Assembly (NCBI GenBank): GCA_965655095.1
Contig: OZ296659.1
Span: 3,348,001-3,412,000, forward strand
DNA: 64,000 nucleotides
Source: Haplodiscus bocki
Lineage: Eukaryota
Direction: 5' to 3'
Shown: one piece after another, positions 1 to 14,800 of the stretch
Numbering within the stretch: the stretch's first letter is position 1
How the letters are laid out: the number at the start of each line of letters is the position of its first letter
Notes under the pieces: model-generated
Told to the model about the DNA's origin: nothing
Seen by the model: the letters and a program-made list of their open reading frames with translations, nothing else
The model's database searches: none
Program-made: the position numbers and the translations under genes

Positions 1-572
1 AAAGATTTGATTTAGGAGCGGGTTTATCCATTACAGATGTGTACGTTCAAGTATATTGTTTCCATCCTTCTAATGAACAAGTTTGCATCGTGTAAATACC
101 AATTTAGGCACAAATAAAGACATTCTGGTAGACGTATCACCCAAGAGCCCATTTGGTTAAATCGATGAAACACAATTTATTGTTTACCACTTCAATAACT
201 GTATTCAAAGTAGTATGATTAGGCTAATATAAACAAGCCTGGAAGGCTAAAGTCGGAGTCGCCCGAAACGTACTTGCACCTTTTGAAGGCTCGTTGACTT
301 TGAGTGCTGGTAATGACTTCGGGAGATATATGAGGTGGTATCACGGTATTATTCTGAACCAAAATTCTAAATATCTTTCGAGAACAAGTGTAGTTTTTGG
401 ATCGTTTCCGTTATGAAATAGATAAAAAAATAGCCTTTACTGGGATCAAAATATGGCCTTGTAAATTTTGGAACACTGTTGCCCTGCCCACGAGACCACG
501 ATTGTACCATATGAACAAGAAAATCAATATAATAATACTAGTTGGCTCATTGTGGCAAAAAGCAAAATGAAC

Positions 573-1253
573 ATGTCGAATCCTAATGATAGTCAAATGG
601 GTGATGGTATCACAGGAGATTGTAACACAATGGGTCAACCAGGGCCGTGATACCAAGACAAAACGTTCATCATGCAAAGCAATGTGTGACAAGGTCAGCC
701 CCTGAACTCAGTCCCTGGATTGAATCAGAAGACGTCTTGTTATTGAAATTGATGAAAGTATCCAAAGATCGTTTAAAGCTCTGGTTCCTGACATCGGCAA
801 TTCCTTCAGGAATGAGTTTCACCGACTACTATTGGAAAGTTCTGACAAGGCTTTTCAAGCTGGGAACCAGGATGTGCTGGAGGAGATGAAAAGGTAGCTT
901 TAGCTAATGGTAGAAACTTTACAAATTTTCTCAGCAGCCGAAAGTTTGGCTATTCAACTGGAGTGATGATGTTGAAGTTTCTTTCCATGGAACTCTTGAA
1001 GTACTTTGAGAGAGAGAGAGAGCGAGCTAATGATATACCCAGAAAAGCCCTTAATGTTCCGAGGACGATAGATGTTGGCGTATCAGAAGATGGCATTTCA
1101 TTGGCACATTGATTACCCTCAAATATGCCAGTCTTTTCCATGACTGTGCGTTTGTCGCTCAGAATCGCCATATTTGATCTGCTTCAAGTTCAGGGGAAAT
1201 CCCCCGGCAACAACTGACTTCATTTCTGTGAAATATAATGGAATTTTACCCAA
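573..1253 (+). pseudogene. Representative amplified LINE ORF1 fragment (U1; an equivalent copy is in every monomer)
   Basis: Same frameshifted motifs as in U41, including DVGVSEDGISLAH*LPSNMP with CAT-TGA at 1107-1112. The fragment is truncated at the monomer junction (the ..SVKINEI.. position of most monomers, equivalent to ..YENITQ in the LINE body). Confidence 0.78.
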
Positions 1254-4200
1254 GTTTGAAAGAATAGATTTGATTTAGGAGCGGGTTTATCCATAACAGA
1301 TGTGTACGTTCAAGTATATTGTTTCCATCCTTCTAATGAACAAGTTTGCATCGTGTAAATACCAATTTAGGCACAAGTAAAGACATTCTGGTACACGTTT
1401 CACCTAAGAACCCTTTTGGTTAAATCGATGAAGCACAATTTATTGTTTACCACCTCAATAACTGTATTCAAATTAGTATGATATGGCTAATATAAACGAG
1501 CCTGGAAGGCTAAAGTCGGAGTCGCCCGAAACGCACTTGCACCTTTTGAAGGCTCGTTGACTTTGAGTGCTGGTAATGATTTCGGGAGATATATGAGGTG
1601 GTATTACGGTATTATTCTGAAACAAAATTCTAAATATCTTTCGAGAACAAGTGTAGTTTTTGGATCGTTTCCGTTATGAAATAGATAAAAAAATAGCCTT
1701 TACTGGGATCAAAATACGGCCTTGTGAATTTCGGAACACTGTTGCCCTGCCCACGAGACCACGATTGTACCATATGAACAAGAAAATCAATATAATAATA
1801 CTAGTTGGCTCATTGTGGCAAAAAGCAAAATAAACATGTCGAATCCTAATGATAGTCAAATGGGTGATGGTATCACAGGAGATTGTAACACAATGGGTCA
1901 ACCAGGGCCGTGATACCAAGACAAAACGTTCATCATGGAAAGCAATGTGTGACAAGGTCAGCCCCTGAACTCAGTCCCTGGATTGAATCAGAAGACGTCT
2001 TGTTATTGAAATTGATGAAAGTATCCAAAGATCGTTTGAAGCTCTGGTTTCTGACATCGGCAATTCCTTCAGGAGTGAGTTTCACCGACTTTTATTGGAA
2101 AGTTCTGACAAGGCTTTTCAAGCTGGGAACCAGGATGTGCTGAAGGAGATGAAAAGGGAGCTTTAGCTAATGGTAGAAACTTTACAAATTTTCTCAGCAG
2201 CCGAAAGTTTGGCTATTCAACTGGAGTGATGATGTTGAAGTTTCTTTCCATGGAACTCTTGAAGTAATTTGAGAGAGAGAGAGAGCGAGGTAATGATATA
2301 CCCAGAAAAGCCCTTAATGTTCCGAGGACGATAGATGTTGGCGTATCAGAAGATGGCATTTCATTGGCACATTGATTACCCTCAAATATGCCAGTCTTTT
2401 CCATCACTGTGCGTTTGTCGCTCAGAATCGCCATATTTGATCTGCTTCAAATTCAGGGGAAATCCCCCGGCAACAACTGACTTCACTTATGTGAAATATA
2501 ATGGAATTTTACCCAAGTTTGAAAGAATAGATTTGATTTAGGAGCGGGTTTATCCATTACAGATGTGTACGTTCAAGTATATTGTTTCCATCCTTCTAAT
2601 GAACAAGTTTGCATCGTGTAAATACCAATTTGGTCACAAGTAAAGACATTCTGGTACACGTTTCACCTAAGAACCCTTTTGGCTAAATCGATGAAGCACA
2701 ATTTAATGTTTACCACCTCAATAACTGTATTCAAATTAGTATGATATGGCTAATATAAACGAGCCTGGAAGGCTAAAGTCAGAGTCGCCCGAAACGTACT
2801 TGCACCTTTTGAAGGCTCGTTGACTTTCGAGTGCTGGTAATGATTTCGGGAGATATATGAGGTGGTATCACGGTATTATTCTGAACCAGAATTCTAAATA
2901 TCTTTCGAGAACAAGTGTAGTTTTTGGATCGTTTCCGTTATGAAATAGATGAAAAAATAGCCTTTACTGGGATCAAAATACGGCCTTGTAAATTTTGGAA
3001 CACTGTTGCCCTGCCCACGAGACCACGATTGTACCATATGAACAAGAAAATCAATATAATAAAACTAGTTGCCTCATTGTGGCAAAAAGCTAAATAAACA
3101 GTTTCAGATCTGGACTTGTTGATTATGTCGAATCCTAATGATAGTGAAATGGGTGATGGTATCACAGTAGATTGTAACACAATGGGTCAACCAGGGCCGT
3201 GATACCAAGACAAAACGTTCATCATGGAAAGCAATGTGTGACAAGGTCAGCCCCTGAACTCAGTCCCTGGATTGAATCAGAAGACGTCTTGTTATTGAAA
3301 TTGATGAAAGTATCCAAAGATCGTTTGAAGCTCTGGTTTCTGACATCGGCAATTCCTTCAGGAGTGAGTTTCACCGACTTTTATTGGAAAGTTCTGACAA
3401 GGCTTTTCAAGCTGGGAACCAGGATGTGCTGTAGGAGATGAAAAGGGAGCTTTAGCTAATGGTGGAAACTTTACAAATTTTCTCAGCAGCCGAAAGTTTG
3501 GTTATTCAACTGGAGTGATGATGTTGAAGTTTCTTCCCATGGAACTCTTGAAGTAATTTGAGAGAGAGAGAGAGCGAGCGAGCTAATGATATATCCAGAA
3601 AAGTCCTTAATGTTCCGAGGACGATAGATGTTGGCGTATCAGAAAATGGCATTTCATTTGCACATTGAATACCCTCAAATGTGCCAGTCTTTTCCATCAC
3701 TGTGCGTTTGTCGCTCAGAATCGCCATATTTGATCTGCTTCAAGTTCAGGGGAAATCCCCCGGCAACAACTGACTTCATTTCTGTGAAAATTAATGAAAT
3801 TTCACCCAAGTTTGAAAGAATAGATTTGATTTAGGAGCGGGTTTATCCATTACAGATGTGTACGTTCAAGTATATTGTTTGCATCCTTCTAATGAACAAG
3901 TTTGCATCGTGTAAATACCAATTTAGGCACAAATAAAGACATTCTGGTAGACGTATCACCTAAGAACCCATTTGGTTAAATCGATGCAACACAATTTATT
4001 GTTTACCACTTCAATAACTGTATTCAAAGTAGTATGATTAGGCTAATATAAACAAGCCTGGAAGGCTAAAGTCGGAGTCGCCCGAAACGTACTTGCACCT
4101 TTTGAAGGCTCGTTGACTTTGAGTGCTGGTAATGATTTCGGGAGATATATGAGGTGGTATCACGGTATTTTTCTGAACCAAAATTCTAAATATCTTTCGA

Positions 4201-6337
4201 GAACAAGTGTAGTTTTTGGATCGTTTCCGTTATGAAATAGATAAAAAAATAGCCTTTACTGGGATCAAAATACGGCCTTGTAAATTTTGGAACACTGTTG
4301 CCCTGCCCACGAGACCACGATTGTACCATATGAACAAGAAAATCAATATAATAATACTAGTTGGCTCATTGTGGCAAAAAGCAAAATAAACATGTCGAAT
4401 CCTAATGATAGTCAAATGGGTGATGGTATCACAGGAGATTGTAACACAATGGGTCAACCAGGGCCGTGATACCAAGACAAAACGTTCATCATGGAAAGCA
4501 ATGTGTGACAAGGTCAGCCCCTGAACTCAGTCCGTGGACTGAATCAGAAGACGTCTTGTTATTGAAATTGATGAAAGTATCCAAAGATCGTTTAAAGCTC
4601 TGGTTCCTGACATCGGCAATTCCTTCAGGAATGAGTTTCACCGACTACTATTGGAAAGTTCTGACAAGGCTTTTCAAGCTGGGAACCAGGATGTGCTGGA
4701 GGAGATGAAAAGGGAGCATTAGCTAATGGTAGAAACTTTACAAATTTTCTCAGCAGCCGAAAGTTTGGCTATTCAACTGGAGTGATGATGTTGAAGTTTC
4801 TTTCCATGCAACTCTTGAAGTAATTTGAGAGAGAGAGAGAGCGAGCTAATGATATACCCAGAAAAGCCCTTAATGTTCCGAGGACGATAGATGTTGGCGT
4901 ATCAGAAGATGGCATTTCATTGGCACATTGATTACCCTCAAATATGCCAGTCTTTTCCATCACTGTGCGTTTGTCGCTCAGAATCGTCATATTTGACCTG
5001 CTTCAAGTTCAGGGGAAATCCCCCGGCAACAACTGACTTCATTTCTGTGAAAATTAATGAAATTTCACCCAAGTTTGAAAGAATAGATTTGATTTAGGAG
5101 CGGGTTTATCCATTACAGATGTGTACGTTCAAGTATATTGTTTCCATCCTTCTAATGAACAAGTTTGCATCGTGTAAATACCAATTTAGGCACAAATAAA
5201 GACATTCTGGTAGACGTATCACCTAAGAACCCATTTGGTTAAATCGATGCAACACAATTTATTGTTTACCACTTCAATAACTGTATTCAAAGTAGTATGA
5301 TTAGGCTAATATAAACAAGCCTGGAAGGCTAAAGTCGGAGTCGCCCGAAACGTACTTGCACCTTTTGAAGGCTCGTTGACTTTGAGTGCCGGTAATGATT
5401 TCGGGAGATATATGAGGTGGTATCACGGTATTTTTCTGAACCAAAATTCTAAATATCTTTCGAGAACAAGTGTAGTTTTTGGATCGTTTCCGTTATGAAA
5501 TAGATAAAAAAATAGCCTTTACTGGGATCAAAATACGGCCTTGTAAATTTTGGAACACTGTTGCCCTGCCCACGAGACCACGATTGTACCATATGAACAA
5601 GAAAATCAATATAATAATACTAGTTGGCTCATTGTGGCAAAAAGCAAAATAAACATGTCGAATCCTAATGATAGTCAAATGGGTGATGGTATCACAGGAG
5701 ATTGTAACACAATGGGTCAACCAGGGCCGTGATACCAAGACAAAACGTTCATCATGGAAAGCAATGTGTGACAAGGTCAGCCCCTGAACTCAGTCCGTGG
5801 ACTGAATCAGAAGACGTCTTGTTATTGAAATTGATGAAAGTATCCAAAGATCGTTTAAAGCTCTGGTTCCTGACATCGGCAATTCCTTCAGGAATGAGTT
5901 TCACCGACTACTATTGGAAAGTTCTGACAAGGATTTTCAAGCTGGGAACCAGGATGTGCTGGAGGAGATGAAAAGGGAGCTTTAGCTAATGGTAGAAACT
6001 TTACAAATTTTCTCAGCAGCCGAAAGTTTGGCTATTCAACTGGAGTGATGATGTTGAAGTTTCTTTCCATGCAACTCTTGAAGTAATTTGAGAGAGAGAG
6101 AGAGAGCGAGCTAATGATATACCCAGAAAAGCCCTTAATGTTCCGAGGACGATAGATGTTGGCGTATCAGAAGATGGCATTTCATTGGCACATTGATTAC
6201 CCTCAAATATGCCAGTCTTTTCCACCACTGTGCGTTTGTCGCTCAGAATCGTCATATTTGACCTGCTTCAAGTTCAGGGGAAATCCCCCGGCAACAACTG
6301 ACTTCATTTCTGTGAAAATTAATGAAATTTCACCCAA

Positions 6338-9300
6338 GTTTGAAAGAATAGATTTGATTTAGGAGCGGGTTTATCCATTACAGATGTGTACGGTCAAGTA
6401 TATTGTTTCCATCCTTCTAATGAACAAGTTTGCATCGTGTAAATACCAATTTAGGCACAAATAAAGACATTCTGGTAGACGTATCACCTAAGAACCCATT
6501 TGGTTAAATCGATGAAACACAATTTATTGTTTACCACTTCAATAACTGTATTCAAAGTAGTATGATTAGGCTAATATAAACAAGCCTGGAAGGCTAAAGT
6601 CGGAGTCGCCCGAAACGTACTTGCACCTTTTGAAGGCTCGTTGACTTTGAGTGCTGGTAATGATTTCGGGAGATATATGAGGTGGTATCACGGTATTATT
6701 CTGAACCAGAATTCTAAATATCTTTCGAGAACAAGTGTAGTTTTTGGATCGTTTCCGTTATGAAATAGATGAAAAAATAGCCTTTACTGGGATCAAAATA
6801 CGGCCTTGTAAATTTTGGAACACTGTTGCCCTGCCCACGAGACCACGGTTGTACCATATGAACAAGAAAATCAATATAATAATACTAGTTGGCTCATTGT
6901 GGCAAAAAGCAAAATAAACATGTCGAATCCTAATGATAGTCAAATGGGTGATGGTATCACAGGAGATTGTAACACAATGGGTCAACCAGGGCCGTGATAC
7001 CAAGACAAAACGTTCATCATGGAAAGCAATGTGTGACAAGGTCAGCCCCTGAACTCAGTCCGTGGACTGAATCAGAAGACGTCTTGTTATTGAAATTGAT
7101 GAAAGTATCCAAAGATCGTTTAAAGCTCTGGTTCCTGACATCGGCAATTCCTTGAGGAATGAGTTTCACCGACTACTATTGGAAAGTTCTGACAAGGCTT
7201 TTCAAGCTGGGAACCAGGATGTGCTGGAGGAGATGAAAAGGGAGCTTTAGCTAATGGTAGAAACTTTACAAATTTTCTCAGCAGCCGAAAGTTTGGCTAT
7301 TCAACTGGAGTGATGATGTTGAAGTTTCTTTTCATGCAACTCTTGAAGTAATTTGAGAGAGAGAGAGAGCGAGCTAATGATATACCCAGAAAAGCCCTTA
7401 ATGTTCCGAGGACGATAGATGTTGGCGTATCAGAAGATGGCATTTCATTGGCACATTGATTACCCTCAAATATGCCAGTCTTTTCCATCACTGTGCGTTT
7501 GTCGCTCAGAATCGTCATATTTGATCTGCTTCAAGTTCAGGGGAAATCCCCCGGCAACAACTGACTTCATTTCTGTGAAAATTAATGAAATTTCACCCAA
7601 GTTTGAAAGAATAGATTTGATTTAGGAGCGGGTTTATCCATTACAGATGTGTACGTTCAAGTATACTGTTTCCATCCTTCTATTGAACAAGTTTGCATCG
7701 TGTAAATACCAATTTAGGCACAAATAAAGTCATTCTGGTACACGTATCACCTAAGAACCCATTTGGTTAAATCGATGAAACACAATTTATTGTTTACCAC
7801 TTCAATAACTGTATTCAAAGTAGTATGATTAGGCTAATATAAACAAGCCTGGAAGGCTAAAGTCGGAGTCGCCCGAAACGTACTTGCACCTTTTGAAGGC
7901 TCGTTGACTTTGAGTGCTGGTAATGATTTCGGGAGATATATGAGGTGGTATCACGGTATTATTCTGAACCAAAATTCTAAATATCTTTCGAGAACAAGTG
8001 TAGTTTTTGGATCGTTTCCGTTATGAAATAGATAAAAAAATAGCCTTTACTGGGATCAAAATACGGCCTTGTAAATTTTGGAACACTGTTGCCCTGCCCA
8101 CGAGACCACGATTGTACCATATGAACAAGAAAATCAATATAATAATACTAGTTGGCTCATTGTGGCAAAAAGCAAAATAAACATGTCGAATCCTAATGAT
8201 AGTCAAATGGGTGATGGTATCACAGGAGATTGTAACACAATGGGTCAACCAGGGCCGTGATACCAAGACAAAACGTTCATCATGGAAAGCAATGTGTGAC
8301 AAGGTCAGCCCCTGAACTCAGTCCGTGGACTGAATCAGAAGACGTCTTGTTATTGAAATTGATGAATGTATCCAAAGATCGTTTAAACCTCTGGTTCCTG
8401 ACATCGGCAATTCCTTCAGGAATGAGTTTCACCGACTACTATTGGAAAGTTCTGACAAGGTTATTCAAGCTGGGAGCCAGGATGTGCTGGAGGAGATGAA
8501 AAGGGAGCTTTAGCTAATGTTAGAAACTTTACAAATTTTCTCAGCAGCCGAAAGTTTGGCTATTCAACTGGAGTGATGATGTTGAAGTTTCTTTCCATGG
8601 AACTCTTGAAGTAATTTGAGAGAGAGAGAGAGAGCGAGCTAATGATTTACCCAGAAAAGCCCTTAATGTTCCGAGGACGATAGATGTTGGCGTATCAGAA
8701 GATGGCATTTCATTGGCACATTGATTACCCTCAAATATGCCAGTCTTTTCCATCACTGTGCGTTTGTCGCTCAGAATCGTCATATTTGATCTGCTTCAAG
8801 TTCAGGGGAAATCCCCCGGCAACAACTGACTTCATATCTGTGAAAATTAATGAAATTTCACCCAAGTTTGAAAGAATAGATTTGATTTAGGAGCGGGTTT
8901 ATCCATTACAGATGTGTACGTTCAAGTATATTGTTTCCATCCTTCTATTGAACAAGTTTGCATCGTGTAAATACCAATTTAGGCACAAATAAAGTCATTC
9001 TGGTACACGTATCACCTAAGAACCCATTTGGTTAAATCGATGAAACACAATTTATTGTTTACCACTTCAATAACTGTATTCAAAGTAGTATGATTAGGCT
9101 AATATAAACAAGCCTGGAAGGCTAAAGTCGGAGTCGCCCGAAACGCACTTGCACCTTTTGAAGGCTCGTTGACTTTGAGTGCTGGTAATGATTTCGGGAG
9201 ATATATGAGGTGGTATCACGGTATTATTCTGAACCAGAATTCTAAATATCTTTCGAGAACAAGTGTAGTTTTTGGATCGTTTCCGTTATGAAATAGATGA

Positions 9301-11800
9301 AAAAATAGCCTTTACTGGGATCAAAATACGGCCTTGTAAATTTTGGAACACTGTTGCCCTGCCCACGAGACCACGGTTGTACCATATGAACAAGAAAATC
9401 AATATAATAATACTAGTTGGCTCATTGTGGCAAAAAGCAAAATAAACATGTCGAATCCTAATGATAGTCAAATGGGTGATGGTATCACAGGAGATTGTAA
9501 CACAATGGGTCAACCAGGGCCGTGATACCAAGACAAAACGTTCATCATGGAAAGCAATGTGTGACAAGGTCAGCCCCTGAACTCAGTCCGTGGACTGAAT
9601 CAGAAGACGTCTTGTTATTGAAATTGATGAAAGTATCCAAAGATCGTTTAAAGCTCTGGTTCCTGACATCGGCAATTCCTTGAGGAATGAGTTTCACCGA
9701 CTACTATTGGAAAGTTCTGACAAGGCTTTTCAAGCTGGGAACCAGGATGTGCTGGAGGAGATGAAAAGGGAGCTTTAGCTAATGGTAGAAACTTTACAAA
9801 TTTTCTCAGCAGCCGAAAGTTTGGCTATTCAACTGGAGTGATGATGTTGAAGTTTCTTTCCATGCAACTCTTGAAGTAATTTGAGAGAGAGAGAGAGAGA
9901 GCGAGCTAATGATATACCCAGAAAAGCCCTTAATGTTCCGAGGACGATAGATGTTGGCGTATCAGAAGATGGCATTTCATTGGCACATTGATTACCCTCA
10001 AATATGCCAGTCTTTTCCATCACTGTGCGTTTGTCGCTCAGAATCGTCATATTTGATCTGCTTCAAGTTCAGGGGAAATCCCCCGGCAACAACTGACTTC
10101 ATTTCTGTGAAAATTAATGAAATTTCACCCAAGTTTGAAAGAATAGATTTGATTTAGGAGCGGGTTTATCCATTACAGATGTGTACGTTCAAGTATACTG
10201 TTTCCATCCTTCTATTGAACAAGTTTGCATCGTGTAAATACCAATTTAGGCACAAATAAAGTCATTCTGGTACACGTATCACCTAAGAACCCATTTGGTT
10301 AAATCGATGAAACACAATTTATTGTTTACCACTTCAATAACTGTATTCAAAGTAGTATGATTAGGCTAATATAAACAAGCCTGGAAGGCTAAAGTCGGAG
10401 TCGCCCGAAACGTACTTGCACCTTTTGAAGGCTCGTTGACTTTGAGTGCTGGTAATGATTTCGGGAGATATATGAGGTGGTATCACGGTATTATTCTGAA
10501 CCAAAATTCTAAATATCTTTCGAGAACAAGTGTAGTTTTTGGATCGTTTCCGTTATGAAATAGATAAAAAAATAGCCTTTACTGGGATCAAAATACGGCC
10601 TTGTAAGTTTTGGAACACTGTTGCCCTGCCCACGAGACCACGATTGTACCATATGAACAAGAAAATCAATATAATAATACTAGTTGGCTCATTGTGGCAA
10701 AAAGCAAAATAAACATGTCGAATCCTAATGATAGTCAAATGGGTGATGGTATCACAGGAGATTGTAACACAATGGGTCAACCAGGGCCGTGATACCAAGA
10801 CAAAACGTTCATCATGGAAAGCAATGTGTGACAAGGTCAGCCCCTGAACTCAGTCCGTGGACTGAATCAGAAGACGTCTTGTTATTGAAATTGATGAATG
10901 TATCCAAAGATCGTTTAAAGCTCTGGTTCCTGACATCGGCAATTCCTTCAGGAATGAGTTTCACCGACTACTATTGGAAAGTTCTGACAAGGTTATTCAA
11001 GCTGGGAACCAGGATGTGCTGGAGGAGATGAAAAGGGAGCTTTAGCTAATGTTAGAAACTTTACAAATTTTCTCAGCAGCCGAAAGTTTGGCTATTCAAC
11101 TGGAGTGATGATGTTGAAGTTTCTTTCCATGGAACTCTTGCAGTAATTTGAGAGAGAGAGAGAGAGCGAGCTAATGATTTACCCAGAAAAGCCCTTAATG
11201 TTCCGAGGACGATAGATGTTGGCGTATCAGAAGATGGCATTTCATTGGCACATTGATTACCCTAAAATATGCCAGTCTTTTCCATCACTGTGCGTTTGTC
11301 GCTCAGAATCGTCATATTTGATCTGCTTCAAGTTCAGGGGAAATCCCCCGGCAACAACTGACTTCATATCTGTGAAAATTAATGAAATTTCACCCAAGTT
11401 TGAAAGAATAGATTTGATTTAGGAGCGGGTTTATCCATTACAGATGTGTACGTTCAAGTATATTGTTTCCATCCTTCTATTGAACAAGTTTGCATCGTGT
11501 AAATACCAATTTAGGCACAAATAAAGTCATTCTGGTACACGTATCACCTAAGAACCCATTTGGTTAAATCGATGAAACACAATTTATTGTTTACCACTTC
11601 AATAACTGTATTCAAAGTAGTATGATTAGGCTAATATAAACAAGCCTGGAAGGCTAAAGTCGGAGTCGCCCGAAACGCACTTGCACCTTTTGAAGGCTCG
11701 TTGACTTTGAGTGCTGGTAATGATTTCGGGAGATATATGAGGTGGTATCACGGTATTATTCTGAACCAGAATTCTAAATATCTTTCGAGAACAAGTGTAG
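6338..11800 (+). repeat. Dimeric higher-order repeat (U6-U7 / U8-U9, extending into U10), period ~2530 bp
   Basis: U6 and U8 share gaccacggtt and cttgaggaat. U7 and U9 share gatgaatgta, ttattcaag, aatgttag, aatgatttac and ttcatatctg. ORF offsets are 6758->9286 and 8021->10553. Confidence 0.85.
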
Positions 11801-14800
11801 TTTTTGGATCGTTTCCGTTATGAAATAGATGAAAAAATAGCCTTTACTGGGATCAAAATACGGCATTGTAAATTTTGGGACACTGTTGCCCTGCCCACGA
11901 GACCACGATTGTACCATATGAACAAGAAAATCGATATAATAATACTAGTTGGCTCATTGTGGCAAAAAGCAAAATAAACATGTCGAATCCTAATGATAGT
12001 CAAATGGGTGATGGTATCACAGGAGATTGTAACACAATGGGTCAACCAGGGCCGTGATACCAAGACAAAACGTTCATCATGGAAAGCAATGTGTGACAAG
12101 GTCAGCCCCTGAACTCAGTCCCTGGATTGAATCAGAAGACGTCTTGTTATTGAAATTGATGAAAGTATCCAAAGATCGTTTAAAGCCCTGGTTCCTGACT
12201 TCGGCAATTCCTTCAGGAATGAGTTTCACCGACTACTATTGGAAAGTTCTGACAAGGCTTTGCAAGCTGGGAACCAGGATGTGCTGGAGGAGATGAAAAG
12301 GGAGCTTTAGCTAATGGTAGAAACTTTACAAATTTTCTCTTTAGCCGAAAGTTTGGCTATTCAACTGGAGTGATGATGTTGAAGTTTCTTTCCATGCAAC
12401 TCTTGAAGTAATTTGAGAGAGAGAGAGAGAGCGAGCTAATGATATACCCAGAAAAGCCCTTAATGTTCCGAGGACGATAGATGTTGGCGTATCAGAAGAT
12501 GGCATTTCATTGGCACATTGATTACCCTCAAATATGCCAGTCTTTTCCATCACTGTGCGTTTGTCGCTCAGAATCGCCATATTTGATCTGCTTCAAGTTC
12601 TGGGGAAATCCCCCGGCAACAACTGACTTCATTTCTGTGAAATATAATGGAATTTTACCAGAGTTTGAAAGAATAGATTTGATTTAGGAGCGGGTTTATC
12701 CATTACAGATGTGTACGTTCAAGTATATTGTTTCCATCCTTCTAATGAACAAGTTTGCATCGTGTAAATACCAATTTAGGCACAAGTAAAGACCTTCTGG
12801 TACACGTTTCACCTAAGAACCCATTTGGTTAAATCGATGAAGCACAATTTATTGTTTACCACCTCAATAACTGTATTCAAATTAGTATGATTAGGCTAAT
12901 ATAAACGAGCCTGGAAGGCTAAAGTCGGAGTCGCCCGAAACGTACTTGCAGCTTTTGAAGGCTCGTTGACTTTGAGTGCTGGTAATGATTTTGGGAGATA
13001 TATGAGGTGGTATCACGGTATTATTCTGAACCAGAATTCTAAATAACTTTCGAGAACAAGCGTAGTTTTTGGATCGTTTCCGTTATGAAATAGATGAAAA
13101 AATAGCCTTTACTGGGATCAAAATACGGCCTTGTAAATTTTGGAACACTGTTGCCCTGCCCACGAGACCACGATTGTACCATATGAACAAGAAAATCAAT
13201 ATAATAAAACTAGTTGCCTCATTGTGGCAAAAAGCTAAATAAACAGTTTCAGATCTGGACTTGTTGATGATGTCGAATCCTAATGATAGTGAAATGGGTG
13301 ATGGTATCACAGTAGATTGTAACACAATGGGTCAACCAGGGCCGTGATACCAAGTCAAAACGTTCATCATGGAAAGCAATGTGTGACAAGGTCAGCCCCT
13401 GAACTCAGTCCCTGGATTGAATCAGAAGACGTCTTGTTATTGAAATTGATGAAAGTATCCAAAGATCGTTTGAAGCTCTGGTTTCTGACATCGGCAATTC
13501 CTTCAGGAGTGAGTTTCACCGACTTTTATTGGAACGTTCTGACAAGGCTTTTCAAGCTGGGAACCAGGATGTGCTGGAGGAGATGAAAAGGGAGCTTTAG
13601 CTAATGGTGGAAACTTTACAAATTTTCTCAGCAGCCGAAAGTTTGGTTATTCAACTGGAGTGATGATGTTGAAGTTTCTTTCCATGGAACTCTTGAAGTA
13701 ATTTGAGAGAGAGAGAGCGCGAGCGAGCTAATGATATATCCCGAAAAGTCCTCAATGTTCCGAGGACGATAGATGTTGGCGTATCAGAAAATGGCATTTC
13801 ATTTGCACATTGAATACCCTCAAATATGCCAGTCTTTTCCATCACTGTGCGTTTCTCGCTCAGAATCGCCATAGTTGATCTGCTTCAAGTTCAGGGGAAA
13901 TCCCCCCGGCAACAACTGACTTCATTTCTGTGAAAATTAATGAAGTTTTAACCCAAGTTTGAAAGAATAGATTTGATTTAGGAGCGGGTTTATCCATTAC
14001 AGATGTGTACGTTCAAATATATTGTTTCCATCCTTCTAATGAACAAGTTTGCATCGTGTAAATACCAATTTAGGCACAAGTAATGACATTCTGGTACACG
14101 TATCATCTAAGAACCCATTTGGTTAAATCGAAGAAGCGCAATTTATTGTTTACCACTTCAATAACTGTATTCAAAGTAGTATGATTAGGTTAATATAAAC
14201 AAGCCTGGAAGGCTAAAGTCGGAGTCGCCCGAAACGTACTTGCACCCTTTGAAGGCTCGTTGACTTTGAGTGCTGGTAATGATTTTGGGAGATATATGAG
14301 GTGGTATCACGGTATTATTCTGAACCAGAATTCTAAATAACTTTCGAGAACAAGTGTAGTTTTTGGATCGTTTCCGTTATGAAATAGATGAAAAAATAGC
14401 CTTTACTGGGATCAAAATACGGCCTTGTAAATTTTGGAACACTGTTGCCCTGCCCACGAGACCACGATTGTACCATATGAACAAGAAAATCAATATAATA
14501 AAACTAGTTGCCTCATTGTGGCAAAAAGCTAAATAAACAGTTTCAGATCTGGACTTGTTGATGATGTCGAATCCTAATGATAGTGAAATGGGTGATGGTA
14601 TCACAGTAGATTGTAACACAATGGGTCAACCAGGGCCGTGATACCAAGTCAAAACGTTCATCATGGAAAGCAATGTGTGACAAGGTCAGCCCCTGAACTC
14701 AGTCCCTGGATTGAATCAGAAGACGTCTTGTTATTGAAATTGATGAAAGTATCCAAAGATCGTTTGAAGCTCTGGTTTCTGACATCGGCAATTCCTTCAG

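Noticed and set aside
1180-1240. Minus-strand splice-acceptor-like tttcacag|AAATGAAG, suggesting a repeated exon of a giant repeat protein
   Set aside because: I found no open exon with a conserved phase and donor. The C5/C6 indel at aaatccccc(c)gg shifts frames between monomers, and the + strand LINE explanation covers the sequence.
2509-3001. Nematode SL1-like TTACCCAAGTTTGA at the monomer junctions plus an Sm-site-like AAATTTTGGAAC, suggesting a spliced-leader RNA gene array
   Set aside because: No GT splice donor follows the leader-like motif (it continues AAGAATAG). The Sm-like word is ~470 nt away, whereas SL RNAs are ~100 nt, and it is absent in type-B monomers. The motif straddles the duplication junction, and TTACCCAA derives from ORF1 codons (ITQ). 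An Rfam SL scan would settle it.
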